Positions 19,390 to 29,844 of a DNA stretch of 64,000 nt are shown here, in pieces; the first letter of the stretch is position 1, and every line of letters begins with the position of its first letter. The notes under the pieces are model-generated. The model did no database searches. It was not told where the DNA came from and saw only the letters and a program-made list of their open reading frames with translations. This DNA is from a virus (taxonomy: Duplodnaviria; Heunggongvirae; Uroviricota; Caudoviricetes), in IMG/VR virus record IMGVR_UViG_3300037245_002365. One strand, given 5' to 3'. A program made the translations under genes and the position numbers.

Positions 19390-19523
19390 AGTATCGGAAT
19401 GTCCCCGGTATATCGTTGAGTAAACCTCAGGGTACGCAGACCTGTGGTACTGCAGTTCATTAACACATTCGAGATTCGAATGTAAAATGAAATTGGTACC
19501 TAAAAGAAAAGACAGTAAAGAAT

Positions 19524-19570
19524 AGGTACGAGGGTAATATTACTCTCGTACCTATTTCTCATTTCTTTTA
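19524..19570 (+). terminator. Strong rho-independent terminator
   Basis: Perfect 9-bp stem AGGTACGAG/CTCGTACCT followed by a T-rich tract. Confidence 0.75.
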
Positions 19571-19610
19571 CTTAACTATTGAAACTCTTAAATTAGGAAT
19601 AATATAAAAT

Positions 19611-20510
19611 ATGATTGATTTATCTATAGATGGCCGATTGTTGGGATATCAGACAGGGCCACTTGTGTTTCTTAGTGATTATAAAGACGCGATTGGTTAT
19701 GCAAATCTTAGAATAGGTGATGACGAATATACTCCTCATAGTAGGGGACGTTCAGGACCTAAAGAAACCTTTATGTCATATAGTATAAAAGATATATGGA
19801 AAGTAGCGTCTGTATCGGAATTAAGATTAAATAATCGAGATCTACATTATACTAGCACGGACGCTGATTATAATCTAAGATGCACTTCAAAAGCTTTTGC
19901 AGCCTTTTTCAATTTTCTAAGGCAGATCTCATATTTAGATGAAAAAGCAGATAGACATCGTTGTGCATTATCAAACTTTCTTACAATGAGATTTAAACAA
20001 AAAACCATTGAGATGTATATACCAAATATACCTGTTTGGGGAGAATTTGAACAGAATATACAAATGCTCTTGCAGGAATATATGGCATGTATAACGTACG
20101 CCATGAAAAGACCTCGTATATATGCTGGTTACAGTCCATACTATGGTAATGAGTCTTTAGGTAAAGATATGGTTTATTTGGAAAATAGGGCAAGGAAGGC
20201 ATATGAGGCAGAAAGAAAATTAGGCACAACAAAAAGTTTTAAAGAAGCTAAACTTAAACATGCAGTTGCATTGCAGTTTATTTCCAACAATCCTTGGAAC
20301 TCATATAACGCATTTGATAGCCTTATTAGACAACATCTTGATTTATACCACATGGATGAGAATACCAAATGGGTAATGGATATAGAGGATGTAGCAGAGC
20401 TTGGTGAAGAAAAAGGGACTGCAAGAAAAGTACGCAATTTACGCGTTAATAACTTCATGGCTGAAGTCATCACCACAATGCTCCAAGAAGCAGAAGAATG
20501 GACTTGGTAG
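19611..20510 (+). CDS. Hypothetical protein (299 aa)
   Basis: Long ORF. No motif recognised. Confidence 0.65.
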   Translation: MIDLSIDGRLLGYQTGPLVFLSDYKDAIGYANLRIGDDEYTPHSRGRSGPKETFMSYSIKDIWKVASVSELRLNNRDLHYTSTDADYNLRCTSKAFAAFFNFLRQISYLDEKADRHRCALSNFLTMRFKQKTIEMYIPNIPVWGEFEQNIQMLLQEYMACITYAMKRPRIYAGYSPYYGNESLGKDMVYLENRARKAYEAERKLGTTKSFKEAKLKHAVALQFISNNPWNSYNAFDSLIRQHLDLYHMDENTKWVMDIEDVAELGEEKGTARKVRNLRVNNFMAEVITTMLQEAEEWTW

Positions 20511-20570
20511 CGCACAAAAATTAAATAAGTAAAATAATATAACACAACTTTCCCTGAAAGGAAAAGTAGA

Positions 20571-20996
20571 ATGAGTAAATTAAGAGTCACAGACGCAGTA
20601 TTCCTGCAATGGGTAACGTCTATACTAAAAGTATACAGCGATAAACCATTTGATAGTATAAAGATGTCCTCACCGGACAGCTATGAGTTTGACCTCATAT
20701 TGAACACACCACATCCACACACAACAGATGTAGTGGAGCTCAATTCAAAATTTCTAACGAAATTTAACAAAGAGCAATTCACTGAAGAAGAGCGGAAGCT
20801 TTACATGAATGTCCTTATCTACGCTATTAGTTTGGACACGGAGAGTCCAAACGACGAAGAACAAAAGGGTGTAACAGCTAGTGATCTTATGTCAATACAT
20901 GATGCATCAAAGACAGCGAGAATCTATACCGCACACACAGTGCTCTTTAATAGAGACCAATTAGACGCAGAAGCTGCAGCACAGAAGGACGTTTAA
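20571..20996 (+). CDS. Hypothetical protein
   Basis: 141-aa ORF with a GGAAAAG RBS. Confidence 0.6.
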   Translation: MSKLRVTDAVFLQWVTSILKVYSDKPFDSIKMSSPDSYEFDLILNTPHPHTTDVVELNSKFLTKFNKEQFTEEERKLYMNVLIYAISLDTESPNDEEQKGVTASDLMSIHDASKTARIYTAHTVLFNRDQLDAEAAAQKDV

Positions 20997-20997
20997 C

Positions 20998-21255
20998 ATG
21001 GCAACATATTATAGGCGTAAAGTAGTAATAGAGAATGAAAAAGGCGACCGTATCGATCCTGAAACAGCGCACGGTATATTAAAAAAACGTGTGTGGGATG
21101 CATTTCTGGAGTATGCTAAAGTTTCCAGCACATTGTCAGGAATGGATGAATGTTTCGCAATTGAGTGTGGTGATGAAATTCTGGACCTCGATGAGTTCGA
21201 GGGTATCACAATGACGGACCTAATAGAGATTGCTGGGCTCGATAATCCAGCTTAA
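20998..21255 (+). CDS. Hypothetical acidic protein
   Basis: 85-aa ORF. Confidence 0.5.
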   Translation: MATYYRRKVVIENEKGDRIDPETAHGILKKRVWDAFLEYAKVSSTLSGMDECFAIECGDEILDLDEFEGITMTDLIEIAGLDNPA

Positions 21256-21287
21256 GTAATACAACCACGATAAAACCAGAGTAAAAA

Positions 21288-21686
21288 ATGAAAGTATATC
21301 ACATATTTAAATCCGGTTGGGATGGACGCTGGGGCAATCTTTATGCTTGGACAGAAGAGGTTGCGAGAGCACAGTTTGCTGCAATCAAACAAGAAGAGCT
21401 AGAGGGTATAGAAGAGCTCCTAGTAGATCAGAAGGAGGAACTCGCTGATAGCGAGTTCGAATACAGCAGTTTCTATGCTGATCAGATTAGAGAGACAGAG
21501 GGAGATATTGAAGGCCTGAAGGCCCTCAATTTTGATAACTGTCAAGACAAGAATGCTCGATCAAAAATATCACCAGCAATTGAAACCATCAATTGGAAAA
21601 TGATTGATGTAGTAGAATCAATTACACCTATTAAAGAAAGCGAGTCTAAATTAAATGAGAATCCTACCGAGGCGCATATCGCGTAA
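21288..21686 (+). CDS. Hypothetical protein
   Basis: 132-aa ORF. Confidence 0.55.
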   Translation: MKVYHIFKSGWDGRWGNLYAWTEEVARAQFAAIKQEELEGIEELLVDQKEELADSEFEYSSFYADQIRETEGDIEGLKALNFDNCQDKNARSKISPAIETINWKMIDVVESITPIKESESKLNENPTEAHIA

Positions 21687-21921
21687 GTTAGAAGAGATAC
21701 GAGATGAGATTGAATATCAGCTACAACCTCTTCTTCTGTGGATTGAGAAGGTTATACAACCATTCAATCCGCCTACTAACTATAGCAGTTGTGGATGTCC
21801 AGGAACATTTCATTCCTGCAACGAGAAACCCTTTGAATCAAATGGGTTTGGCTTTGATGACGCAAAGGAACGTGAACGCATTGCAATAAAAAGTATGAAA
21901 AAATACTTCAGGTCCTTGTAA
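21655..21921 (+). CDS. Hypothetical protein
   Basis: 88-aa ORF that overlaps the previous gene. Confidence 0.4.
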   Translation: MRILPRRISRKLEEIRDEIEYQLQPLLLWIEKVIQPFNPPTNYSSCGCPGTFHSCNEKPFESNGFGFDDAKERERIAIKSMKKYFRSL

Positions 21922-22119
21922 TGAAACAAATAAATAAAGCATTTTAGGTCGAAAGAAGGCCGCAGGCGCTAAACCCAGTTTTGCACTAAAGGAAGGGACA
22001 AACTATGATAGATTGGATTTTGACATATTTACCATTTGTGGCTGTAGGCATTTTCTTTGTCTTGGTCGTAATACACGCGCTGTATTTAAGATACGTAGAG
22101 AAATTGGAGTGGTATTAAG

Positions 22120-22380
22120 ATGAAACATAATTATACAGGCACTTTCTGCTTAGTAAACCATACATCTGATGGTGTGCGGGTACCAGCATGTAAACGCTGC
22201 AGATCGTGTGGACATTTTATTCCACACGATGAACAAGCGGGCGATTGCACAAATATAATTCCAGAAGATGAATGGGAACCAACATTGGAAGAAATGGAAG
22301 TGTTGATTGATAGTGGAGAACTTAACGCTAGATATAAAGCAATCAAAATAGCACGGTGGAAAAGGGAATCAGCAAAATGA
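22120..22380 (+). CDS. Cys-rich small protein
   Basis: CKRCRSCGH...GDC. Confidence 0.5.
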   Translation: MKHNYTGTFCLVNHTSDGVRVPACKRCRSCGHFIPHDEQAGDCTNIIPEDEWEPTLEEMEVLIDSGELNARYKAIKIARWKRESAK

Positions 22381-22862
22381 GTATATACAGAAATAGAGTG
22401 ATAGATGAGCTGAGAGTCTTCGTCCAAGATATTCTAGAGCGTAGAGAAAACCTAACTTCTGATGACTATGAGATAGAATATGGAATGGAAGCCGATGAGA
22501 TTACGAAGATACATCAGTGGAATAACATTGATGAGCACATGCCTACGCCAGATCTGGTGGATTCCAAAGGTGAAATGAAACTGTACTTATGCGAATATTG
22601 TTCAGTCTCTCCATTCTCCGAAGATGGGCACAAATGGTTTCAATTAAGTGGTTACGTAACACGTAATGGCAAAGTTAATTGGTCCTCAGGTGTAGCTCGC
22701 AGGGACACAGTAAGATGGATGGCTCTTCCAGAGTATGAAGCAGATAGAAGGTGGAATGAGGAAGGCAATGAAATCGATGAGGATGGAAACATAATTCTAC
22801 CAGAAGTGCCGGAAATACCAGAAGTACCAGAAGTGAAAGAAACCTCAGATGAAGTCGTATAA
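22356..22862 (+). CDS. Hypothetical protein
   Basis: 168-aa ORF. CEYC motif. C-terminal PEVPEIPEVPEV repeats. Confidence 0.55.
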   Translation: MEKGISKMSIYRNRVIDELRVFVQDILERRENLTSDDYEIEYGMEADEITKIHQWNNIDEHMPTPDLVDSKGEMKLYLCEYCSVSPFSEDGHKWFQLSGYVTRNGKVNWSSGVARRDTVRWMALPEYEADRRWNEEGNEIDEDGNIILPEVPEIPEVPEVKETSDEVV

Positions 22863-23262
22863 AGATAAGTTTATTGCAGCAATACAAGGAACTATGAAAT
22901 TACACCAAGCTATAATTGATGGAGATCGTAAGAGTTTGCCGGGTACCTATAATGGGTGTCCGGTATGTAATGTATACAGAGGTGTTAATGGCACTTGTGC
23001 TGGATGTCCTTTGACCGCTCCTGATAATGGTGAGGGTGACACAATTGGTTGTACAGAATTTGCAAGTTTTCCGTATCCCTCGTTTGGCAATTGGAGTGAA
23101 AATGACTCAAAGGCAGCACTCGACACTAGAACAGCTATAGAAGCGTCTAGAGATAGACTTGTCTTTTGGAAGAAAATTATACCAATTTTAGAGAACACAC
23201 CAGCGAAACAATTCACACCCAAAGGGTGGGAATACTTCTATGAATTGGAAAGATGGTGGTAA
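22849..23262 (+). CDS. Cys-rich hypothetical protein
   Basis: CPVCNV...CAGCP...GC. Confidence 0.55.
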   Translation: MKSYKDKFIAAIQGTMKLHQAIIDGDRKSLPGTYNGCPVCNVYRGVNGTCAGCPLTAPDNGEGDTIGCTEFASFPYPSFGNWSENDSKAALDTRTAIEASRDRLVFWKKIIPILENTPAKQFTPKGWEYFYELERWW

Positions 23263-23288
23263 CAGTAACGTAGAATTAGATCGGAAAT

Positions 23289-23298
23289 GGTATAAGAA
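23289..23298 (+). promoter_or_regulatory. GGTATAAGAA promoter-like motif
   Basis: Exact motif 10 nt upstream of the 23308 ORF. Confidence 0.45.
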
Positions 23299-23307
23299 AG
23301 ATACACT

Positions 23308-23514
23308 ATGACACTTACAGAATTACTTCTTGCAGAAATAAAGACGTATCTTGCAGAAATAAGTGGGTTAGATAATAACAGGTTACAAGACGGTGATCCT
23401 GATTGTAATCATGATTACACTGAAGTTATAGACTCAAGTAATGATCACGACGGAGATGAAGAATGGTGGATTGAAGAATGTCAAGAATGCAATTTATCAT
23501 GGTATATGCCATAA
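23308..23514 (+). CDS. Hypothetical acidic protein
   Basis: 68-aa ORF. Confidence 0.5.
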   Translation: MTLTELLLAEIKTYLAEISGLDNNRLQDGDPDCNHDYTEVIDSSNDHDGDEEWWIEECQECNLSWYMP

Positions 23515-23534
23515 ATTAATAAAAAGGAACTAAT

Positions 23535-23978
23535 ATGTTTGAATCAATTAAATTGAAAATGAAGCAATGGGATCAAATAATCCATGCAATACTCTATCCA
23601 GGAGAGCCCGATGATTATATCAAGTGGTATGATTTTGCTTTGGCTCAGTGGCGGTTACATAACGGACACGGTCCAGAGACATTCTCAAAGTGGAAAAAAT
23701 TTACGTCCAATTTTTATGGACCATTACATTATCCACCCCGCCCAACATGTGGCTACGATTTTCTAATCGAATTGCCTCAGCCTGAAGAGGGTAGGTACAT
23801 GCACACAGTTGCTGTAATGCTTATGGAAGAACGTGATGGTACAAGCAGGCAGTTCACCGCGGCAACAAGGTATGAAATACATACTGCTAAAGTATTGCTA
23901 CGCTTAGAAGCATACTATCGCACATACTGTCCAGATTATGTTCCAGAGGAGGTAGTGGACGATGCCGTATCAGATTAA
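23535..23978 (+). CDS. Hypothetical protein
   Basis: 147-aa ORF. Confidence 0.55.
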   Translation: MFESIKLKMKQWDQIIHAILYPGEPDDYIKWYDFALAQWRLHNGHGPETFSKWKKFTSNFYGPLHYPPRPTCGYDFLIELPQPEEGRYMHTVAVMLMEERDGTSRQFTAATRYEIHTAKVLLRLEAYYRTYCPDYVPEEVVDDAVSD

Positions 23979-24447
23979 ATATTGGTTATCGAGAGATAAC
24001 ACGGACTTCGGTAAGGACGCAGGTCTTTACCGGATAACAAATCACGCGGAACCAGTCATGCGAATGGGACGGTGGTATCCAGCTAATGATGGTGGGTACC
24101 AAATCTCTTTGCATGACACTGATGTCAGACTTCTTCTCGGAGAAGAGTTTGAACTAGAGCTAGGTGGTATACTGGAGCTTGCTATCAGCAAGTATGACCT
24201 CCACACTGCACTGGCACAGAAGATGAATAGTTTGGATAGTCAAATTTTTTCATTAACAACAATGTTAGGCGATTCCTTAGATATGATACTAGCTTTAGTA
24301 AGCAAACCCTTTGGAGAATCTAATTTTGGCGATAGAATTAAAAGACTTAAAAAAGCATTTACCAACGTGTTAGCAAATAAATATACACCGAAAGAAATGG
24401 ATGCTTTATTTCCAAAAGTAGCAACAGAATTAAATGAAAAAAGGTGA
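23962..24447 (+). CDS. Hypothetical protein
   Basis: 161-aa ORF. Confidence 0.55.
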   Translation: MPYQIKYWLSRDNTDFGKDAGLYRITNHAEPVMRMGRWYPANDGGYQISLHDTDVRLLLGEEFELELGGILELAISKYDLHTALAQKMNSLDSQIFSLTTMLGDSLDMILALVSKPFGESNFGDRIKRLKKAFTNVLANKYTPKEMDALFPKVATELNEKR

Positions 24448-24629
24448 AAACCCTTATGAGGAAAAACAGAATGAAACTGACGACAAAACTTAAAATAGGT
24501 GGCGGTGTGGCGATAGCTGTATCAATTATAGCGATAGTTATATCTTTGTTCACCAAATTGATTTTCATTGCAGTGGTAGCCTCAGTCTTAACGCTTGGTG
24601 GGGCATATCTTTTACATAAACTATTATGA
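24444..24629 (+). CDS. Small membrane protein
   Basis: Hydrophobic 61 aa. Confidence 0.5.
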   Translation: MKTLMRKNRMKLTTKLKIGGGVAIAVSIIAIVISLFTKLIFIAVVASVLTLGGAYLLHKLL

Positions 24630-24789
24630 GGATCTTTACACACACATCATTTACAGTGAGGGTAGTAGCAATAGCTATCACCACTTTCGCTGCAATAGTA
24701 TTAACTAAATGGGCATTGATATTAGCAGTAGGATATTTAATATTCGCTGTTAAAGGATATTTCCATATCAAAAATAAGGAAAGTAATTA

Positions 24790-25089
24790 ATGGATGCTTA
24801 CACACTTCAACATTATCGTAGAAAAACCTGGAGCTGGATTACGGAAAACTTCAAATTCCTAAAGGGACTGAGTGTGTGTATACCGCCAGTTATAGCTTTA
24901 GTAGTAAGTGGTTTTGTAGTACTTTATGCCATAATAATGGGCATTACTGCTGCAAACATGGGTAGTGATGGTATTACTATAATATACTGGGTATTACTGA
25001 AAGGCTCGTTTGTAGTGGCACTCAAATTCGCATTACCGCTGTTGCTTATGGCTGCAGGTATATTTGCAATATTTAAAATACTGGACTAA
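24790..25089 (+). CDS. Membrane protein
   Basis: 99 aa with three predicted TM helices. Confidence 0.55.
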   Translation: MDAYTLQHYRRKTWSWITENFKFLKGLSVCIPPVIALVVSGFVVLYAIIMGITAANMGSDGITIIYWVLLKGSFVVALKFALPLLLMAAGIFAIFKILD

Positions 25090-25091
25090 CT

Positions 25092-25313
25092 ATGGAAACC
25101 GGCACAGAGGCTCCTAAGAGGGCCAAAGTTATCAGATTGATACCAACGGTCATCAACATATACACAGTAGAGGGAGAGCCCCGCTGTGACTGTATGGGAG
25201 GACTGTGCGCATGTGGTGAGGTACATGAACTAGACTACGTAGAAAAGAAATACGCAGAGGCCATGGCTGCTCAAGCGCAGCCACCTCAACCACCCCCATA
25301 TTCAGCCGTCTAA
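25092..25313 (+). CDS. Hypothetical protein
   Basis: 73-aa ORF. Confidence 0.45.
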   Translation: METGTEAPKRAKVIRLIPTVINIYTVEGEPRCDCMGGLCACGEVHELDYVEKKYAEAMAAQAQPPQPPPYSAV

Positions 25314-25325
25314 CGGAGGACAAAT

Positions 25326-25742
25326 ATGAATACACAACAACACAACCCCGGCGTTCCCAATACAGATATTGACGCCGCAAAACCGGTAGAAGTAGATACT
25401 GAGCCAGACCAAAAAACAATTATAGCTGTAATGGGTTTGATTGCAAACTGGCTCGATGACGTTGAAGCCATGCTAACTGGCATGGTTCCAACTGATGACG
25501 GATATATGGAATATATCAGCCAAAAGAATAACCTGGAACAATTGCTTAATGCATACTTTGGTGGAGCAGAAGGTGCTGATAAGTACGTACTACAAGAAAC
25601 CATAAGACACGCTAAAGCAGCTATTCAGGCGTGCAAATTTCAACCAATAAGATGGTTGGAAAACAATGGAGTTCAACGTGCCATGGACGCACTTAAAGAT
25701 TCCAGAAAGGTTTGCGACGAGGCATTGCCCTCAAACCGATAA
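25326..25742 (+). CDS. Hypothetical protein
   Basis: 138-aa ORF with a GGAGGA RBS. Confidence 0.6.
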   Translation: MNTQQHNPGVPNTDIDAAKPVEVDTEPDQKTIIAVMGLIANWLDDVEAMLTGMVPTDDGYMEYISQKNNLEQLLNAYFGGAEGADKYVLQETIRHAKAAIQACKFQPIRWLENNGVQRAMDALKDSRKVCDEALPSNR

Positions 25743-25763
25743 AATCAAACACAAACACTACAG

Positions 25764-26159
25764 TTGGAGCACAATGTCATGAGTATAAAAATAGATAGGG
25801 TATATGTATCGCTGGTTTCTGATAAGGAATACAAAGTTATTCTCGGTTTGTACGAGGTTTCAAACAATAAAAGGTTGAATAAACCTTTTGTGCAGTTTTG
25901 GACACACCATACTAGAAAGGCTATCAAAAACTTACTACACACTAGTAAGATGTTTGATTACTTACAAGAGTATGGGAACTTGTTTCAAACTAAAGAAGAG
26001 GTCAATGAAATACTGGTTGACTTACTTAAAGCCATTAATATCCAAGAGTTGTCTAATAAGTGTCTTATTCAGTACATGAATAAAGATTATATATCCGACC
26101 CAAGCACCGACAGGGGTCAACTAGACGGAACACTTCCCTTCTGGCAACGCCCAGGTTAG
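25764..26159 (+). CDS. Hypothetical protein
   Basis: 131-aa ORF. Confidence 0.55.
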   Translation: MEHNVMSIKIDRVYVSLVSDKEYKVILGLYEVSNNKRLNKPFVQFWTHHTRKAIKNLLHTSKMFDYLQEYGNLFQTKEEVNEILVDLLKAINIQELSNKCLIQYMNKDYISDPSTDRGQLDGTLPFWQRPG

Positions 26160-26178
26160 GGACAAACCAACAGTATTT

Positions 26179-26188
26179 GGTATAAGGA
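26179..26188 (+). promoter_or_regulatory. GGTATAAGGA promoter-like motif
   Basis: Near-exact motif upstream of the 26233 ORF. Confidence 0.4.
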
Positions 26189-26232
26189 ATATGTAACCAG
26201 TAATTAACATAGGAATTACACCAAACAAAAAT

Positions 26233-26835
26233 ATGAAAAAAAACAACATAATAAAATGGCTGGTAATAACAACAGCGTTGTTGCTATCAGTTGGGCAATT
26301 ATCCGGAAAGACTCACTCTATAGACGGTAATACGTACGATTATAGTAAGTTGACGCTTTATCAAAAATTGAACCTCGATGAGGCATACAATTATGGTAAA
26401 TCGTTTGGGATAGGGTATGAAATGGCAACTGTGCGATGGAAAGAGACATTTGTTGGGGAAAGAATCATTGAAATAAATCTTCAAGACCCTTCAATCGGAC
26501 CATGGCACAAAAATGTATATTGGGCAGTAGAAGAGCATAAAGAAATGTTCTCGAAAAACAATGACATGACTCGAAATCTTATGGCACAGCACATGATCAA
26601 CAACCTTGACTTCATGGCTGGTATGTTCATAGATGATTTTGAGTGGCTATTAGTAGCAAAGAAAGGCAACCTTAGGGATGCTTACGCGTCCTATCCAGGT
26701 ATTGCCGATTATAAAACCGAGAAGGCTCGGAACTACGCTAGCTGTAATATGGCCGCTCGTAAAGAGCTCATACTGCACGCTAAGTTCGAGGAACGATTGG
26801 GACCCCAATCACCTCCGAAGAACACGTACAAGTAA
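26233..26835 (+). CDS. Secreted or periplasmic protein with an N-terminal signal peptide
   Basis: MKKNNIIKWLVITTALLLSVGQLSG has the signal-like n/h/c regions. Confidence 0.6.
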   Translation: MKKNNIIKWLVITTALLLSVGQLSGKTHSIDGNTYDYSKLTLYQKLNLDEAYNYGKSFGIGYEMATVRWKETFVGERIIEINLQDPSIGPWHKNVYWAVEEHKEMFSKNNDMTRNLMAQHMINNLDFMAGMFIDDFEWLLVAKKGNLRDAYASYPGIADYKTEKARNYASCNMAARKELILHAKFEERLGPQSPPKNTYK

Positions 26836-26848
26836 TAAAAATTGGGGT

Positions 26849-26878
26849 AGATAACATTCGTTATCTGCTCCTTTTTTT
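26849..26878 (+). terminator. Rho-independent terminator
   Basis: Stem AGATAAC/GTTATCT followed by CTCCTTTTTTT. Confidence 0.65.
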
Positions 26879-26906
26879 ATCTTACAATAATTAACCAGAA
26901 TATAAA

Positions 26907-27524
26907 ATGGCAACAGCATCAGCAATGGGATACGAAAATTATCCTAGACTTGAAATAGTGGAATCGCCTTTTATGGAAGAGGGCAAAGCACTATTGATGG
27001 ATACGACAAAACTCAATTATATATCAAATATGCGTAAACCCTTCGATTTCGAAAGAGAATTTATGTGTGATTGGGCAATGCCAGAAGAATCAGAACCGAA
27101 ACAAACCAGACACAGAGATATGGCAAACATAGCAGATGGGACTACTTGGAAGTATGAAGGCAGTGACCACCTTTCTTTTAATAATAGCGTTTATGCTGGA
27201 ATAGGCATAGATCCACCAGCATTTCAACTACGAGTAAATACATATAGAAGCCCAGAAGAAATAAAAGAAATAATAATTAAAGAACTTTCAGAGTTCTGGT
27301 TAGTGCACTTAATTCTTAGCATTGATCAAGATGATTATACTGAAAGACGTACAGAAGAATTGACAGCAGAAAACACTACCGAGAAGCCAACAGTGTATAA
27401 TAATACCGGGCAAATAAAAGTAGATAACATGCAAATTGGTGATTGGACTTATAAAAATGACTACATATACACCGGCAATGACAGAATTTTAATAGGTTCA
27501 GGCGCAACAACATCAACCACATAA
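26907..27524 (+). CDS. Hypothetical protein (205 aa)
   Basis: ORF only. Confidence 0.6.
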   Translation: MATASAMGYENYPRLEIVESPFMEEGKALLMDTTKLNYISNMRKPFDFEREFMCDWAMPEESEPKQTRHRDMANIADGTTWKYEGSDHLSFNNSVYAGIGIDPPAFQLRVNTYRSPEEIKEIIIKELSEFWLVHLILSIDQDDYTERRTEELTAENTTEKPTVYNNTGQIKVDNMQIGDWTYKNDYIYTGNDRILIGSGATTSTT

Positions 27525-27531
27525 AAATATA

Positions 27532-27798
27532 ATGAATCCAGGCGAACAAATAGTTCCAGGAATACTGCCACAGGCAAAAATTAACATAACACCAGAAGAT
27601 GCACAACCAATGTTGTGCCCAGGGCAAGTTCCTCATTCAGAGACAGGAAATAAAACAGAAACTTGCGGACATAATACATACATACAGGTATTCAAACTAG
27701 GAAGAGTATCTAAATTACTAACAGGCCAACCAGAAGACATAATCATGCAAGTTGTTGAACTAGCATGTCAAAAATGCGGTCACATACTAAAGGATTAA
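27532..27798 (+). CDS. Zinc-ribbon small protein
   Basis: CPGQ...CGH...CQKCGH. Confidence 0.5.
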   Translation: MNPGEQIVPGILPQAKINITPEDAQPMLCPGQVPHSETGNKTETCGHNTYIQVFKLGRVSKLLTGQPEDIIMQVVELACQKCGHILKD

Positions 27799-28124
27799 TA
27801 TCAGTGAATGAAAAATCAATTAAATTTAAACATGAAGACTATGAAGTAGAGGTAAGGCCTAACGGAGAGAAGGACTACATAGTAGTACTCACATATTACG
27901 TTAAGAGATTTTTCTTTTTTGGAATAGCAAATAAGGTTACGCTTCGTTACACAGGTGGTCGTACCACATGGGAAACTTTCCCTGACCTTAAACCAGTAAA
28001 AGGATACACACAAACACTTCTGTATGATATTTGGAGAGAAGCAAGACACATTAGAAGAGAAAACGAGGAAGCGCTAGAGCGCTCCCATACTAATGGCGTA
28101 GATACATACACGCCAGGGAAATAA
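27765..28124 (+). CDS. Hypothetical protein
   Basis: 119-aa ORF. Confidence 0.5.
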   Translation: MSKMRSHTKGLISVNEKSIKFKHEDYEVEVRPNGEKDYIVVLTYYVKRFFFFGIANKVTLRYTGGRTTWETFPDLKPVKGYTQTLLYDIWREARHIRRENEEALERSHTNGVDTYTPGK

Positions 28125-28126
28125 TC

Positions 28127-28534
28127 ATGAGTTTATTTGAAACGAATAAAAAGTTTATAAAAGATGAGGCCGAAAAAGCCCAAAAAACATTAGAAAAATG
28201 TGGTTTTGACACACCAGAAAAACTACGGAGAAGGCATATGGAATTGTTTACATATGTTGGAGATGTGAAACTCAATATTATATTACATAGAGATTCATGG
28301 ACAAGCATAGATGTTGTGCTCGAATGTCCACATTGTGGAGAAGCAGTAGAAATAAATACTAGCAATCCAGAGGAAACTGGTATACTTATGAATACAGAGC
28401 ATACCTGCCCAGCGGCCAGATATCGCTATGATTCTGATAGTAGGTGTGAATGTACATTTGGTTGGGATATTGAATTGGGAAAAACAACTCATATTTTTAA
28501 ATGTCTTAAATACAAAGAGGAACATAATGACTAA
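28127..28534 (+). CDS. Hypothetical protein with a CPHCG motif
   Basis: 135-aa ORF. Confidence 0.55.
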   Translation: MSLFETNKKFIKDEAEKAQKTLEKCGFDTPEKLRRRHMELFTYVGDVKLNIILHRDSWTSIDVVLECPHCGEAVEINTSNPEETGILMNTEHTCPAARYRYDSDSRCECTFGWDIELGKTTHIFKCLKYKEEHND

Positions 28535-29040
28535 TGTCACTATCAACATTTCCCGAATTTGCAAGAATGGTACAAGATGGTTTAGACCGGGACCGGGAAG
28601 AAATATATCGTACCCGACCAATGGTTAGCGGGCCGTTACCACCTATGGGATATCCAGTAAAACCACCACCACCAACACTAAGAACACTTAGAAGAAGAGA
28701 GAGTAAAGAAATGGTAAACTCAGCACCTTATAATACCACATGCCCAAAATGCGAAATGACTAAAGCTAGAAAAGCTAGGCATGCCACAGCAGAAGTAAAT
28801 AATGCATATGGTAAAGTTTCTAAAGATGCCTTCTTTATTTTAATGAAGAAAGAAACTGATGCCAAAGAGAAAACAAATAGGGCAGTTAAAACATTAGTAC
28901 AGAGCCCACAAACACTACATTTAGATGTTAATGGTGTACTTAAGATTAGTTTTACTGCATATTGTTCTGTGTGTGGTTTAAAAATCAAGCATGAACAAGA
29001 AGTAAAATTCCCCGCAATAGAAGATGAAGCTTACGAGTAG
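28534..29040 (+). CDS. Zinc-ribbon hypothetical protein
   Basis: CPKCE...CSVCG. Confidence 0.55.
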   Translation: MSLSTFPEFARMVQDGLDRDREEIYRTRPMVSGPLPPMGYPVKPPPPTLRTLRRRESKEMVNSAPYNTTCPKCEMTKARKARHATAEVNNAYGKVSKDAFFILMKKETDAKEKTNRAVKTLVQSPQTLHLDVNGVLKISFTAYCSVCGLKIKHEQEVKFPAIEDEAYE

Positions 29041-29488
29041 GGTTCGTCGCGCTAAATATAAAAAGCGAGGCAATAACCCAGACAACAAAAATAAAAATCT
29101 ATGTAATTTAGAAGTAGCTACAAGACTTGGTGTGTCAGAGAACACCAAATACTTGCATACCAAAGAAGACGTATTACGAGCACTCAGACAGGCATACACA
29201 GTACGAAGCTGTAAAGCTCGTCTGGGGACGAGCCTAACTGTTGGTTCAGCAAGAAAGAAACTAATAGCTATCGCCAAAGGCGATACCAAAGCAATAGGTT
29301 TCTTAGTTATAGTATCTGGCAAAGTGTGGCATTCATTATTCCTATTGACTGATGGGTCAACAGAAATTGATACAAACCCAAAGAAAAATGATAGAAGAAA
29401 AATAGAGCATTGCTATCTAGTTAGGATCACAGATTTAAATAAATTTAAATCCAACACAGATGACAAGTGCTTTATAAGGATTACGTAA
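29024..29488 (+). CDS. Hypothetical basic protein
   Basis: 154-aa ORF. Confidence 0.5.
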   Translation: MKLTSRVRRAKYKKRGNNPDNKNKNLCNLEVATRLGVSENTKYLHTKEDVLRALRQAYTVRSCKARLGTSLTVGSARKKLIAIAKGDTKAIGFLVIVSGKVWHSLFLLTDGSTEIDTNPKKNDRRKIEHCYLVRITDLNKFKSNTDDKCFIRIT

Positions 29489-29844
29489 TGGAAATTAACA
29501 GAACTGTCCTCGAAGGTAACACCGCCGCATACTATCCAAACGCGCCTTTGGATGATAAGTGGTACATAGTTAAAGCACCTACGAAAAGATTCAGATTGCT
29601 TGAATGGTTAATACATGAGCCTGAAAGAAAGTTTAAACCTCTATGGGATTTATATAAATACCTAGGAGGACAGACCTCCTTAACCGGAAGAAACTTTAAA
29701 CATTTATGGCGCATATATAAATGTTCTACCGACAAAACGCCCGACAAACATATTGACAGCCACATAAACTTAAAGAAAGCAATAGAGTGGGTAGAGTTTC
29801 ATGAACAAATTAGAGTACAGAGAGAATTAAATGCAAAACCATGA
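29467..29844 (+). CDS. Hypothetical protein
   Basis: 125-aa ORF. Confidence 0.5.
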   Translation: MLYKDYVMEINRTVLEGNTAAYYPNAPLDDKWYIVKAPTKRFRLLEWLIHEPERKFKPLWDLYKYLGGQTSLTGRNFKHLWRIYKCSTDKTPDKHIDSHINLKKAIEWVEFHEQIRVQRELNAKP

